A stretch of DNA of 64,000 nt. It comes from Vicugna vicugna. Lineage: Eukaryota. The first letter of the stretch is position 1; every line of letters begins with the position of its first letter. Below, one piece after another: positions 12,761 through 24,275 of the stretch. The stretch is from the NCBI GenBank assembly GCA_013265495.1, contig MU058423.1:757061-821060 (forward strand), in the 5' to 3' direction. The translations under genes and the position numbers were made by a program. The notes beneath the pieces were generated by a model that searched no databases, had not been told where the DNA came from, and worked only from the letters and a program-made list of their open reading frames with translations.

Positions 12761-15099
12761 ACTGGGGCTTGGGCATGGGGGCTCTTCTGCCCTTGCTCCT
12801 GGGCAGGGCTGGCCAGATGAACAGAGCCGTCGCTGGTAAATAACGCTTGGCTCGCCCAGGAATACCAGATGGTGTGCCAACAACTCGGGCCAGGGAAACT
12901 TGGGCAGAAGCGGCAGGGAGAAGAGAAGTGGGACTGTGGCTGCCCAAGGACTCAGCTCTGTGGGCACCACTCACACAGGCGGGGAGGGCTCTGTGGAGCC
13001 CCGTGTCTTAGACACGAGAAAGCTGAGATGACAGCCGCAGTGTCGGCCCCTTAGGAGCCACCAGCAGCCTGGAACCCCAATCACTTTATTTCCCGGCCTA
13101 TGCCCTTCCCTTTCCCTGCTGTGACATCTTCTAATGTCTCCCTCTGGCCTCCTTTAAAATACCCACTTCCCTAGACCATCATCCTGTTGGATCCTCGTCC
13201 TGTCCAGATGCCTCGATGCAGAGTTTCGGGAGGAAGGGAGGTGGAGATAAGATGCACAGGAGGTGCCCAGCGTGGCAGCAGGGAGGGAGCTTGGTGACGG
13301 CTGGCAGCTGCCGGGGATGAGACTGGCCTTTGCAGAGCAGCCCGTGCCCCCTGCTCTAAGCAGAGGTCAGCCCTGGCCCTCAGACACCAACAAAACAAAG
13401 AGTGTCCCCATCAAGCCAGCCTCCACCCGTCCCTCGCTTGGAGCTGCCCAGAGTGAACGAGGAAATGATTATTTATCAGGGAGTTGGTCAGGAAATTGGA
13501 CACATTCAACAAAGACCAGGAAACCTCGTGCCAACTGAGTCTGATGGGGGTGACAGGGGCCGCTGGGAGCACAATGGCCTTGCTGGCATCAGTATTTGCT
13601 TTCGGAGGGACAGTCGAGGATGCCCACTGCATATGTGATGAGGGCAGGTGGACCGGCCCTCTGTGGCCAGCAGAATCCTGGCTGCCGGCCCCAGGTGGGC
13701 AGCAAAGCAGGCTGGGCTGTAGCCCAGGCCCCTGGGCAGAGCGAGTGTCGCCCTCCCCGGCACCTGCCTCCTCCCCAGGACTGCTCTATCCGTGCCTGCC
13801 CCTGAACTCCTGGGCTGACGCCCCACTGCTCTGGTGGGAAAGTGGGGAAGCAAGGCGTGGCCCGGGGGCCTTCCCTAGAGTGGGAAGCGGGCATTTGGAT
13901 AGGGTTCCCTCAATCACTCACTAGCCTGCTCCAGCTGAGGCCCCGGGCTCCCCTCAGGCTCCTCGTTAAGGTAGAGAGAGATGAGCGCTGATGGGAAACA
14001 GTCTGCTCTGTTCTCTCCCTGTCCCCAGGGAGGGAAGCTCTTTCCCATCTTCACATGAGGAGGGGTTGGAGAACCTGTGTCTCCTCTGGAGTTGAGGCAA
14101 GTCTGCCTACGGAACCATCGATGCTTCAGCGAAGCCTCACCCCCATCTCAGCCTGGAGGGGTCCATGTGGGATTTATCCCCACACCCCACCTCTGATCCC
14201 AGGTTTCCCCTAGGATCTTCCAGCATTTTTACCTGATAACATTCTAGACTTGGGGAGCAAGCTACAGGGAACCCTCCTGGGCCTGACCAGTCCTGTGGAG
14301 AGGCGGCGGGGTGCCTAGCTCTGGCTGGTCTTCAGCTCCTGTAGTGTCTCCACCCCATGCAGGAGCCCATTTCTCTGGAAGGTGGCCGAGGGCCGGGAGC
14401 TACCCTCTTCAAGGTTGCTAAGTGGGGCTTTATCAAGCGCTCTGAGGATCAGCACCCTTAGCCAGAAAGGATCTTCAGCTTTGGGAAACTTTCTGTGTTT
14501 CCTCTGAGCCCAGATTTCAAGTGCTAAATAGCTCCAGACTGTAGGGCACTGGATGATTTGTTTGGGGTCTGCTGATGAAGCCAGCTCGGGGGAGGATGCA
14601 GGTCCCAGCAGTGGGTCCCAATGGAGGGGTTTGGTCCAAGATGGGCAAGGGAGAAGTTGCTAGGACTGTGGGACCCTTTGGCCATGGGGCTCTCACACCC
14701 AAGCACCTCTGCCCCTCAGGGCTCTGAGGAAGGGATGCTCTTGGCGTTCAACTTCGTACCTGCCCCAGAGCACCTGGCAGAGACTGCTGCCTCAGAAGAT
14801 GCTTTGGTTCATTTGTCACAGCTAGCTGGCTGGGTTTATCAACTTTCCCAGCAGCGGGCAGGAAGGGACTGTAGATGTTCCCGTCCCCACTGAGCCCAGG
14901 GAGCAGGAGTCAGGGAGTGAAGTTAGTGTCTGCAGCTCAGTTCATGGAAGCCTGTGAGAGCTTCCAACCCTTGTGACCTTTAGAAATGAAGGAGACCCCA
15001 CCTGTTGAGAGTGGGAAGTGGTGGATGGCGTGAGCCTCCTGGAGCAAGGGAGTCACAGGAAGACCCAGGATGGCAGGAAGGGAGGGCTGTTCCCCTTAG

Positions 15100-15680
15100 G
15101 GTGCTCGATGTGGAACGTTTAAATACAGAGGAATAACTCCACCTCTCCCTTTCCTGGCCCCTTGCTCCTGGAAAGATATCTTCGTCTGTTGAGTAATTAC
15201 AGCAAAGAAGGCTGATGGTTTTGTGGCGAGTTTTAGAGGGAGCAGGTGAGCATGCGAAAGTGCTTCCAGAAGCCTGGGCCAGGCAGTCCGCCATGGGTTG
15301 CGTTCCCTCCCTTTGATACGCGGAAGCAATCACAGTGAAGCAACACATTCTCGATTTAGGCAAGTGGACAGAGTCCAGCTCTTGGAATTTCAGAACAATC
15401 ACTCTGCCTAACCGTTATGCAGTCTGGCTTCCTCTGTAAGTATGTGTGTGTGAGTGCATCTCCCTTCCCCTCCATGGATCTGTCTTGGGTGATAAAATAG
15501 AACACGATGAGTGTCATTCTAAAGCAATTACAAGCAAGATGCATAATGGCAGAGCTGGAGAACACGGCATATGGCCTCGGGCGGCCGCCGTGTGAAAACT
15601 AATCGGGAGATTTTGTCGTCCCCCCCCCCCGCCCCATCTCTCTGAAAAACCAGATCGGCTTCATGTTGAGGAAGAGAAGA
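15100..15680. promoter_or_regulatory. Candidate conserved non-coding element
   Basis: Repeat-free; TAATTA, GCAATTA and ATGCATAAT motifs; local CpG cluster with GCGGCCGC at 15581. Confidence 0.4.
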
Positions 15681-16342
15681 CCATCAAAGCCCCCCGTGGC
15701 CCGCCAGATGGATGCTGGAGGCTCTGGGGTGGAGATCAAGGGCCGCCACGAAATGCTGGCCTCCAAGACAGGGCCAGACAGAGGGGGCCCGCCAGCGCCT
15801 AAGGGTGTAGAAGAATGGGGAGCAGCAGGAACACCCTCAAAGCCCAAAGCTAGCAGCCCGAGCCTGGACAGCTTTGAGGAGATTTGGGGAGCCCAGAGAG
15901 TGCAGGCTAATTGGCAGCGGGTTTTTATTTCATCACTGCTGATGCTACCGAGTGTCTCTGTGCCCTCACTCCAGCTCCAGCCGCTGCCTGCTCCCCAGGT
16001 CCCTGGCAGCTCGCTTCTCCGTTCATATATCACATTGCTAAGTGAAGCTCGCAGGGCTTCCAGTCTGCTCTGTTTGCTGGTGACCACCTTTTCCCACTCT
16101 TCCCAGGGAATGGCTCTGCTTCTAGGCACTGCCAATCGGACCCCTGGCTCTCCCCTACCCTGGCCTTAGCTCAGGGCTCCGCGAGGGATTGGAGAGGTTT
16201 CTGGAGCAGATTAACCATGGGACCCCGGCAGGGATAAGCACAGCCTGGTCAGGTGGGATGCCTTTACACAAGTTGCATTAGGACCCTCTCTGTCACATAC
16301 TCAGAATGAAAATATCTCCCTGCCCCAACCTACCTACTCCAG

Positions 16343-16344
<2 letters not shown>

Positions 16345-16389
<45 letters not shown>

Positions 16390-16390
16390 C
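16345..16390. repeat. (GT)18(GC)5 compound microsatellite
   Basis: read directly; uninterrupted purine-pyrimidine alternation. Confidence 0.97.
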
Positions 16391-16658
16391 TCTGCCCAGG
16401 AGCTCCCCAGGCACGTATTCTTGACCTCCACTGGGAGAGTCCTTTTTCTCCTCCTCTCTCCAACTCAGCTCACTGGGCAGATCCCCCAGAGACTCCAGGG
16501 TTCTTAGCCATGTCCCCAGAAACAGTGCAGGTGACCCCTGCTATAACCTGATTTGCAGGACAGTGAGGAGTGGGCAGTTTGCTCTGCCCAGGAGCTCCCC
16601 AGGCACGTATTCCTGACCTCCACTGGGAGAGTCCTTTTTCTCCTCCTCTCTCCAACTC
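16389..16658 (+). repeat. 78 bp direct duplication (16389-16466 and 16581-16658), 1 mismatch
   Basis: gctctgcccaggagctccccaggcacgtattc(t/c)tgacctccactgggagagtcctttttctcctcctctctccaactc occurs twice, 192 bp apart. Confidence 0.97.
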
Positions 16659-16680
16659 CCAATCCACTGACATGCCCTAG

Positions 16681-16892
16681 CAGAAATCGGCAAACTTATT
16701 TTGTGAAGAGGCAGATAATAAATATTTTAGACTTTGTGGACCATACGTGCTCTGTTCCAGCCACTCAGCTCTGCTGTGGTAGCACAACAGCAGCCATAGA
16801 CAGTAGGTAAATGAACAAGCATGGCAGTGTTGCAGCTTTGCTTATAAAAACAGGAGATGGAACAGATTGGGTCCCAGAGCTGTGGTTTGCCA
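16681..16892 (+). mobile_element. MER58A-like hAT-Charlie MITE
   Basis: cagaaatcggcaaac...agataataaatattttagactttgtggaccata...actcagctctgctgtggtagcaca...gcagccatagaca...gctgtggtttgcc. Confidence 0.85.
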
Positions 16893-17084
16893 TAAAGAGT
16901 GGAGGGCAGGAGTCTGGCACCAGCACTTACCCTCTGCAGATGTCCTCCTTCTCTGGCGGTCGAAGTAATATCTTGCTTTAAGATGAAAACTCAGCATCAG
17001 CTCATCCAGGCTCCTTTCCTGGCACATGTATGTACAGACCCCTTTTTGTACTTGGAATTATGCTGTTATAGAGCTGGGAGCTGG

Positions 17085-17200
17085 AAAGTTCACTTTATTC
17101 CACCCACTTATTTTTATAGACAAGAAAAACTAAGGCACAGAGAAGTTAAGCTACTTGCTGAGGACCATAGCACTAGCTGGTGGCAGAGGTGGGACCGTGC
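17085..17200 (-). mobile_element. MIR SINE
   Basis: tttatagacaagaaaaactaaggcacagagaagttaagctacttgctgagg. Confidence 0.75.
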
Positions 17201-18084
17201 AAAGCCTGGCAACTTCAGCCAGACCTTTCCCCCCTACCGTACTGCCTTGTCCCCAGCCTTCGGTGGGGCGGAACAGAACAGAACCAAGCACCAGTGAGCC
17301 ACAGGCTGGGCTAAGCAGTAGCACTGTGTGTGTGTTTAGTGGTTGGGGGGCGAGGGGCTCCAGGGAACCGGGAGAAGTCCTGGCGAAGGAGCCTTGTTGC
17401 TTTCAGGCAGTGACTGGTGGGCAGCTAACTGGGGAGAAGGAGGGGGTTCTACTGGGCTTTTTTCCACCAGTGTGTGTTGGTCAGCATCCTAATCAATTTG
17501 CTTTTTTCTGGATTCCACCCCCTCCTCCCTCTCTGTTGTGACTTGAAGGGCCCAAGCCCCTCCTCCCATCCTCTCTTAGACATAGCGCTGAGAACAGAAA
17601 ACAAGATTGCTTTTACTTTAAGAAGATGAGGAGGAAGAGACAACCCTAGTTGTGAGTTCAACCATTTTTTCTCTAGAGACTTTTAGGGGGATCTTCACTT
17701 GCCTGGGCCTCAGTTTCCCTGTTGGTATAATGGGGGGTTGTGTCCAGGCAGGGCAGAGAGGGGCCAGGGACACTGTCTTCATTATAGAGAGAGGGGAAAG
17801 CTCAGTTCTGAAGGGCCAGGAGGAGACGCCAGGCATCCTGCTCACTGAGGTCTCTGCCTGGGAAGCCAGGGAACCCAGTGAGTCACCCCTGACTTCAGCT
17901 GGAATGGCAGCGGGGGCGGGGGTGGCAGGGTTGGGAAAATGAGACGAACCCAAGCCTGCTGTTTGGCTGCACCTGCCCTTGAAATTAGGAATGCTGCGTG
18001 TCAGGAAGAGAAAAGTGGGACTCAAGAGCCCAAGCCAGGCCTGGAAAGGCTCCCGGAGGATGCTGAGCTCACAGCCCAGACCCT

Positions 18085-18215
18085 CCAATCAATAGGGCAT
18101 GGCTATTTATAGCATCAGCCCGAGAGAAACTTAATTATGATCAAAAGGAGCTATTTAATACCGTGCTTGCCGAAGACGCAACCTCTTGTCAGTGGAAATT
18201 AATCAGCGGCTGCTG
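18085..18215. promoter_or_regulatory. Candidate enhancer with a perfect MEF2 site
   Basis: CTATTTATAG at 18103-18112 fits YTAWWWWTAR; TTAATTA, AATTAAT and CCAATCAAT lie nearby. Confidence 0.4.
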
Positions 18216-18544
18216 TGGGTTCCTGCCCCCTCAGGCTTCAGAACTGGGGAGGTGCCTGGCGGGAGCTGGGGCACCGGCCGCCCCAGGAGTGTTGATGACA
18301 TCAGCGCCCTCACAAAGTCATCTAACGTGCAGTGGTCTCCCCCAGGGCTCCAGGTGCATGGGGATGAGGGTCCTGGACCCCAGCAGGGCAGGAGAAAAGG
18401 TTTGGGGGAAGGGGATTCATGACTCAGCTCAGGTCGTGCCTCTGCCTCCAAGCTTTCTCTAACTACTCCAGCCCACAAGCATCTATCTCCCTCTTCTCTC
18501 TACTCCTACAACCTTTGCAGTCTGTCCTACACAGTTTATGTTCT

Positions 18545-18732
18545 GGTTAGGACTCAGTGTGCCCCCTCCTAGCTGGGAGGCTGTAAGCTATAGTTTCCTC
18601 ATCTATTACTTAGAGATAATAGTACCTTCTTACAGGGTGGTTATGAGGGTTAAGATGAGTTCCCACCTGGTAACTCGCTTACAAGAGCCCGGCACAGGGC
18701 AAGCCCTCCCAAAGTGCTAGTCGCTGTTACTA
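18545..18732 (+). mobile_element. MIR SINE
   Basis: agtttcctcatctattacttagagataatagtaccttcttacagggtggttatgagggttaagatgag. Confidence 0.8.
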
Positions 18733-18907
18733 CATGTGTGTTAATTAGCCTTGTCTCCCAAGCCAGGTTGTTTTTCAAGGGCAGAAATGGTAACTTTATC
18801 CTTGAGGTGACCTCTGCCAGTGCCAGTGCTGGCCACATCAGAGATATTTAATAAATATTGGCTATTCAGTCCGTTGGGTTCAAAAGCTAAAGGAATTCAG
18901 TCTCTCA

Positions 18908-19280
18908 ATGATTCATTCATTAATTTATTCTCAGAACCTTTAATTGAGCCTTCACCTGTCTGGCCTCATACTGGACTTTGAAGATATGAAAATCGTTACG
19001 TTCAGATGGACTTTCTGTTGAGCTGCTCACTGCCCAGTGAGGGAGACACGTGTGTAGAGGGACCACTGTGACACAGTGTGAGAACAGGGATGGAATGTGG
19101 CTGAGATCCTGCAGAGGAGATCACAGAGAGGGGTGAGTTTCCCTTTCTGGGATGCCCTGGAAGGTTCTTGGAGTAGATGGCGTTTAGGAAGGACCTTGAA
19201 GGGTCACAACAGGGCATGAAAGGAGTTACAGAGAGTCTAGGTAGAGGGAAGAAAGGCCTGGAGTTGTGAAAGTTAGCGTC
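18908..19280 (-). mobile_element. L2 LINE fragment
   Basis: attcattcatt...attgagcc ... ggaaggttcttggagtagatggcgtttaggaaggaccttgaaggg. Confidence 0.7.
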
Positions 19281-21094
19281 AAGTCACTCAGGAGCATCTT
19301 GACCAGATCCTGAGGACAACCACAGGCCACCGCCAGGCGCTGCTGTCCAGGTTGACATTAAAGGCAGAACTGGAAGTCTTAAGCAGTGGGAGAGGAGGAG
19401 GGCCCATCTCACAAACACTCTACATGAATTCTTTGGCTCAAAGGTCAGTTTCCTCCCTAGAGGAACCAAAGGAAATGCCCCAGGTGATGGGTTTACATTA
19501 GAAATCCAGAAGAGAGGGATAGAATTCTGAAGGAAGGCTCTAGAGATGTCTAGGGTCTCCTGCTTGGGACAACCATTGAAAATTAAAGAGATGCTCACTT
19601 CTATGAGGACCAGCCCTGCAGCAAATTGTATAGGAGAGTGGTCAGAACTCAGGCACTGGGGTCAGACCGCCTGGGCTGGAATCCCAGCTCCTGCTCTTGT
19701 GAGAATAGCTGAGTGTTGACCAAGTGTAACCCCCTGTGTGGTGAGAAATCAGCTTTGCTTTCATCTTCACCGTTTCTGTGAATTTATTCAGTGGAGCCAG
19801 TTCTGCTGCTGCCCTGGATGGAATCTGGGCCAGGTCCCACGACTTTCCAGGTCATTTTTAGGTAACGCAGACAGCCTCAGTTCCGTAATTACTGTGTGCA
19901 GCCCAGTCCATCATTACACCTTTAAAGCCCACCCGGCGAAGGCCTCTCCAGCCCTGGCTCTGCCCGCTGCTGCTAGGACCAGGGTGGTGGACACATTCGG
20001 CTTGTTTTCTCTTTCCCTTCTCTGTCAGTCCAGCTCTGACAGGAAGCACGTGGCTCTCCAAAGCTGGGAAGATGAGGGGAGTTTCGTAAAAGGACTATCT
20101 CCAAAGGTGGTGGCAAGGCTTGTAGGTACCAGGGGAAGAAGTTACTAGAATTAAGAGAAGGAGCTGTATGGATAGGGCCACCTGAAAGGAGTGGGTACTG
20201 GTGAGCGGGTGGGGGAAGCAGAGGGAAGGGCGTCCCCCACGCTTGTTAGCGCACAGCGCCTCCTGCTGGAAGGCACGGAGCCTGCTGACTTCGTCCACAG
20301 AGGCGGGGAAAGGGTAGACAGTGGATCTAGGGGCTGGAGGAAACCCACTCCTGGGGCCTCTCCTCTCCTCCCAGGTTGAAGGAGTGGAAAGAGAGGGCAG
20401 GAGGGCATGGTGTAGGAATTCTCACTTGAATTATCTGGGCCCAGCAGGTGTGTAAAGCTGACTTGTCTCCCCCGGGAAGCACTTTTGGCGGTTCTTTGGG
20501 GATCTTCCCCCGCCTAGTCACTAGGAAGCACCTGTGTTTCCCCTCTTACATGTGGCGCCCTCTCCCTGAGGGACGCTCAACTCCTTTCTCAGCTCTGAGT
20601 TTTGAGGGGCCTCCACTTCCCCATGGGGCCCACCGTCCCTAGGCAGGCTCTCTCCCCACTGTGGTCCACTCCTGTCTGTCGGCAGGAAACACTCCTTTGC
20701 GTGAAAACGAGGATACCTGTGAGGCCACTTTCTTCTGCTCCACTATCCAAGCTGCTGTGGAACACATCCATCACTTTCCCTGTAGGTTATTCGGGCATGA
20801 GTTAGACAGCAGCTTTTCATGTCTCCCAAGTGCGGGGGACCCATGTAAAACTCCCAGAGAGGCCCCCTTAGAGCCCCTCACTCTTGACTCGACCTGAACG
20901 GGAAGCAGGCAGCGTACATCAGGCACTCTCTTCAGGGACCCGCTTCCCACTTCCAGCAGCCCCAGTCTTGTTCTCTCTGCCTCACTGATGGCCGGGGTGG
21001 GTGGACAGCTCAGATCCTGCGGGTGGTCTTGTGTTCCGCTGGAGATGTAGAGCCCGGACTGAAACAGAGATGAAGGAAGTCCGTCGTTCTGGTC

Positions 21095-21272
21095 CACCCG
21101 CTGTGAGGAAGTTCACAAGCCTCTCTGTGCCTCTGTTTCCTCGGCTATACAGTGGGGGATGTTGGTACCTTACCTGGTTGCATAAGGATTTAATGAGTTG
21201 GTTCCTTTAAAGTATTTAGAATAATGCCTGGAATGTAGTAAGCGCTCAATAAAATGTTGTTGCTCTTGTTAT
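21095..21272 (+). mobile_element. MIR SINE
   Basis: cctctctgtgcctctgtttcctc ... aatgcctggaatgtagtaagcgctcaataaaatgtt. Confidence 0.85.
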
Positions 21273-22369
21273 TATATTATTTTCTTTTTCACTGGGAAAT
21301 GGTTTGTGGGGAGGAGCTCCTGAGAGAAGAAGCCGAGGGGAGGGAGACAGACAACCTCTCTCTGTCTCTGGCCTTTCACTCGCTGGCCTTTCAACCCTCC
21401 TGGGTGTTGGGAGGCACTGAGCCCTTTGCCAAGAGAGAGAGGCAAGCATGGAAGGTTCTGGGTTCTCCTGTTCTTAGCATTAGGCATGGCCTTGGTCAGC
21501 CTTCTATCCAGTGTTCAGCATCTCCCCTGGGGAAGGAGGGAAGGGTGAATGAGAGAAGCCAAGAGGCATGTTCCCTCCTTTTCCAGCCACTGTGGCTGAG
21601 GGGGGAGAAGGAGGGCAAGGAAATGGCAGCCAAGCTCCAGAAATGTCCTGTCCTTACTGGGATGGCAGAATTGTGAGCTCTGGTCTGAGATGGAGAGACA
21701 TGGGCTGGGGTAGGATGAGTCACCCCATCAGGCTGCCCCGGGCCAGCCCCAGGCTCTCCCTCTCTACTCCTTAGACCCTCCACGGGAGAGGGAGAAACGG
21801 GGGATGGGGAGAGCACACCCAGGTTTGTGAGAGAGGCTCCCAGGTCAGCCCTGCCCTTGTAAGGGCGGAGTGAGGAGTGGGGCGAGGACCTTTTTGAAAG
21901 CAGAGAATCCCAGACACACTGAGAACAGCTCCTAAGAGGCTTCAGGAGGGTGGAGCTTCCCCAGTCCAGGCAGAGAGCTGCTCTCTCCTCGCCCAGACTC
22001 CTGACCCCTGTGGCCAACTCCCAGAGGCTGGAGATGGTTCCCTGCAGATGGACCAAAGTGTGCTCCCAGAACATCCCATGATTCCCAAGGTGGGGGCTGT
22101 GGCCCTGCATGCAGGTGTGCCCTGGCTGATTGCAGCACTGGCTCGGCCATGTTTTGTTAATAATCTTGGTGTTTCACAAAGGCCACTCATGTCTCCTGGC
22201 TTTCATGCTGGTCCTGGGTCCCAAAATGTTCTCTCCTCCCTACCAGAACCCCAGATGTCTTTCTGGGGGCTCTTCTGCTCTTAAGTGGGTTTCCTTTGAT
22301 TCTCTTTTCTCTTGCCTCTTCATCCTCCCTCCCTGCAACCCTGGGTGTTCCTGGAAGCTTTCCCCTGGG

Positions 22370-22647
22370 TCTCTGTCCAAATGTCACTTCCTCGAGAGAC
22401 CGCCCCAGACCTGTCAACAGGAGCCTAACTCTAACCCTGCTTCATCTGTCTTCTTAGCACCCATTGTTTCCCGGCATGATCTTATTTATCTCTTTCATGA
22501 TTGTCTGGCTCCCCACTTCCTCTACAGTGTGAACTCCACAAGGGCAGGGAACTTTGTCTTCCATTGTACCTTCAGCACCTTGGCCAGTGCCTGGCACAGA
22601 GTAGGCACTCAATAAATGTCTGTTGAATAAGTGAATGAATGAATGAG
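22370..22647 (+). mobile_element. L2 LINE 3' end
   Basis: aaatgtcacttcctcgagagacc ... gaactccacaagggcagggaactttgtc ... cagtgcctggcacagagtaggcactcaataaatgtctgttgaataagtgaatgaatgaatg. Confidence 0.9.
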
Positions 22648-23391
22648 TGCCCTGCTCCTCATCCCTCAAACGTTCGCACACTTAAGGTGGTCAACTCAGA
22701 GACTGTCTCCACCACACCCCACCCCATCTATGCAACCTTTCGCCATACACATATCTACACCCCTACTGATTTCAAGTGACTCCCAGTTCTAAAGAAATCA
22801 GGGGCTCAGAGACAGTGGATGTATGCAAAGCATCTGGTACGGTGGCTACGCATAGTAGTTGGTCAAGAAACTTGAGCTGTGACTGTGGGTCTTTACTAAG
22901 CTGTAGTGATTGGGCAGGGTCTAGGCCAGAGACGTGGGGTCCTCTTTGCCGCTTCTTCTCTGCCACCCCTGGAGCTCTCTACCTTAAAGCCTTGTCATGT
23001 CTTCCCTCAAACAGCCTCCAGGAAGAGCCCTTCCTCGTGGCCCCTGTGGCTAGAGCCCTCGACCAGTCCCTCCTCCTCTCCAGCCTAGGATTTCTGCCCA
23101 GTAACCCTCCTATGCTCCCTTCAAATTTACCTCCAGGCGCCTGCTTTTCAAGGCCCCCATTCTATCCCACTCTTTATTTTATGCTCCTCTGCTCCAGCCA
23201 GAGAGTCCTCCATTCAGTAACTAATCCATTCAGTGTTTTTAAATCCCCTTCTGGGCTCCAGGCACAGTGCTGGGGGGCTGGGCCCAGGGGAGAGCACGAG
23301 TTGTCCCCGGGGAGTTTGCAGTCAGGCCAGGGATGCAGATGTGTGTGGTGACCCAGGATTGGGATGAATGCGGTGACAGGGGAACAGAAGG

Positions 23392-23654
23392 CAGGGTTGT
23401 CAAATGGCGAGTGACCAGCCCATGAGTGGGTCATGAAATTAACTTAGTGGGTCATGACCAGCATTTAAAACAAAATTAAATAGAGCAGAAAAGAAATATC
23501 ACAGAATGATATTAGGGGATCATGCCTATAATAAAGGGAAAATGTTATTTCTTTTAAATTTTTGTTTCCATTTTATATATTGTTGTGTGTGTGTCTGGTG
23601 ATGTAAAATATATTTCTTATTTTGAGTCATAGTAAACATGTTTAGAAAACACTA
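23392..23654. mobile_element. hAT-Charlie-type MITE, apparently inserted in an antisense L2
   Basis: cagggttgtcaaa...agtgggtcatgaaattaacttagtgggtcatgaccagcatt...gatgtaaaatatatttcttattttgagtca...aaaacacta; L2-like sequence on both flanks. Confidence 0.7.
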
Positions 23655-24169
23655 ACCTAATGTATATTGGAGCCCCTGTCCTGGGGACTAGGAAGACCTT
23701 TCTGGAGGAATGACATTTAAGACCTGAAATATTAGTAAAAGTTCATCAAACAGAGGGGTAAGGAGAGAGGAGCCTTTTCTAGGCAGAAGGAATCACCTGA
23801 AAATGCCAGGGGTGGGAGGAGGAGGGTGGAGAGAGCAAGCAGAGAAACCAAAACAGAGCACTATTTGTTAACCCCACAAATATACAAGTATGTTCCCACC
23901 TCGTGCCTTTCTTCTGGCGTCCTCTCCCCTGCCCTCATGAGCCTCCTTTTCTTTATTTCTTCTAAGACTGGTGGTTTCTCTTCCCCAGCCCAGCCCTGTT
24001 CTCTGGCCCCCAGGACTCTGGCCACCCTCTGAGTGGCTTCAGTACCTCCGTATCCAGCCTTTGATTGCTCTGTGTTTCCTGCCTTTCTGTCCAGCTTTAG
24101 AATTCACAATTTATTTTCATCCACAGAGTCTCCTTTGAGGAGTCCCATGGCCATGTAAGGGTGTCAAGA

Positions 24170-24275
24170 CTTGTAGCATCATCTCATTTTACAGAAGAGA
24201 AACTGAGGCACAGGGAGGTCCCATGCAGGACCAGACTCACCCAGCTGTGAGCGATGGAGTCAGAACTGTCACCAG
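24170..24275 (-). mobile_element. MIR SINE core
   Basis: ctcattttacagaagagaaactgaggcacagggagg. Confidence 0.8.

Noticed and set aside
18815..18975. Tail-to-tail L2 ends as a possible miR-28/miR-151-type hairpin
   Set aside because: Complementarity between the arms is too weak by eye.
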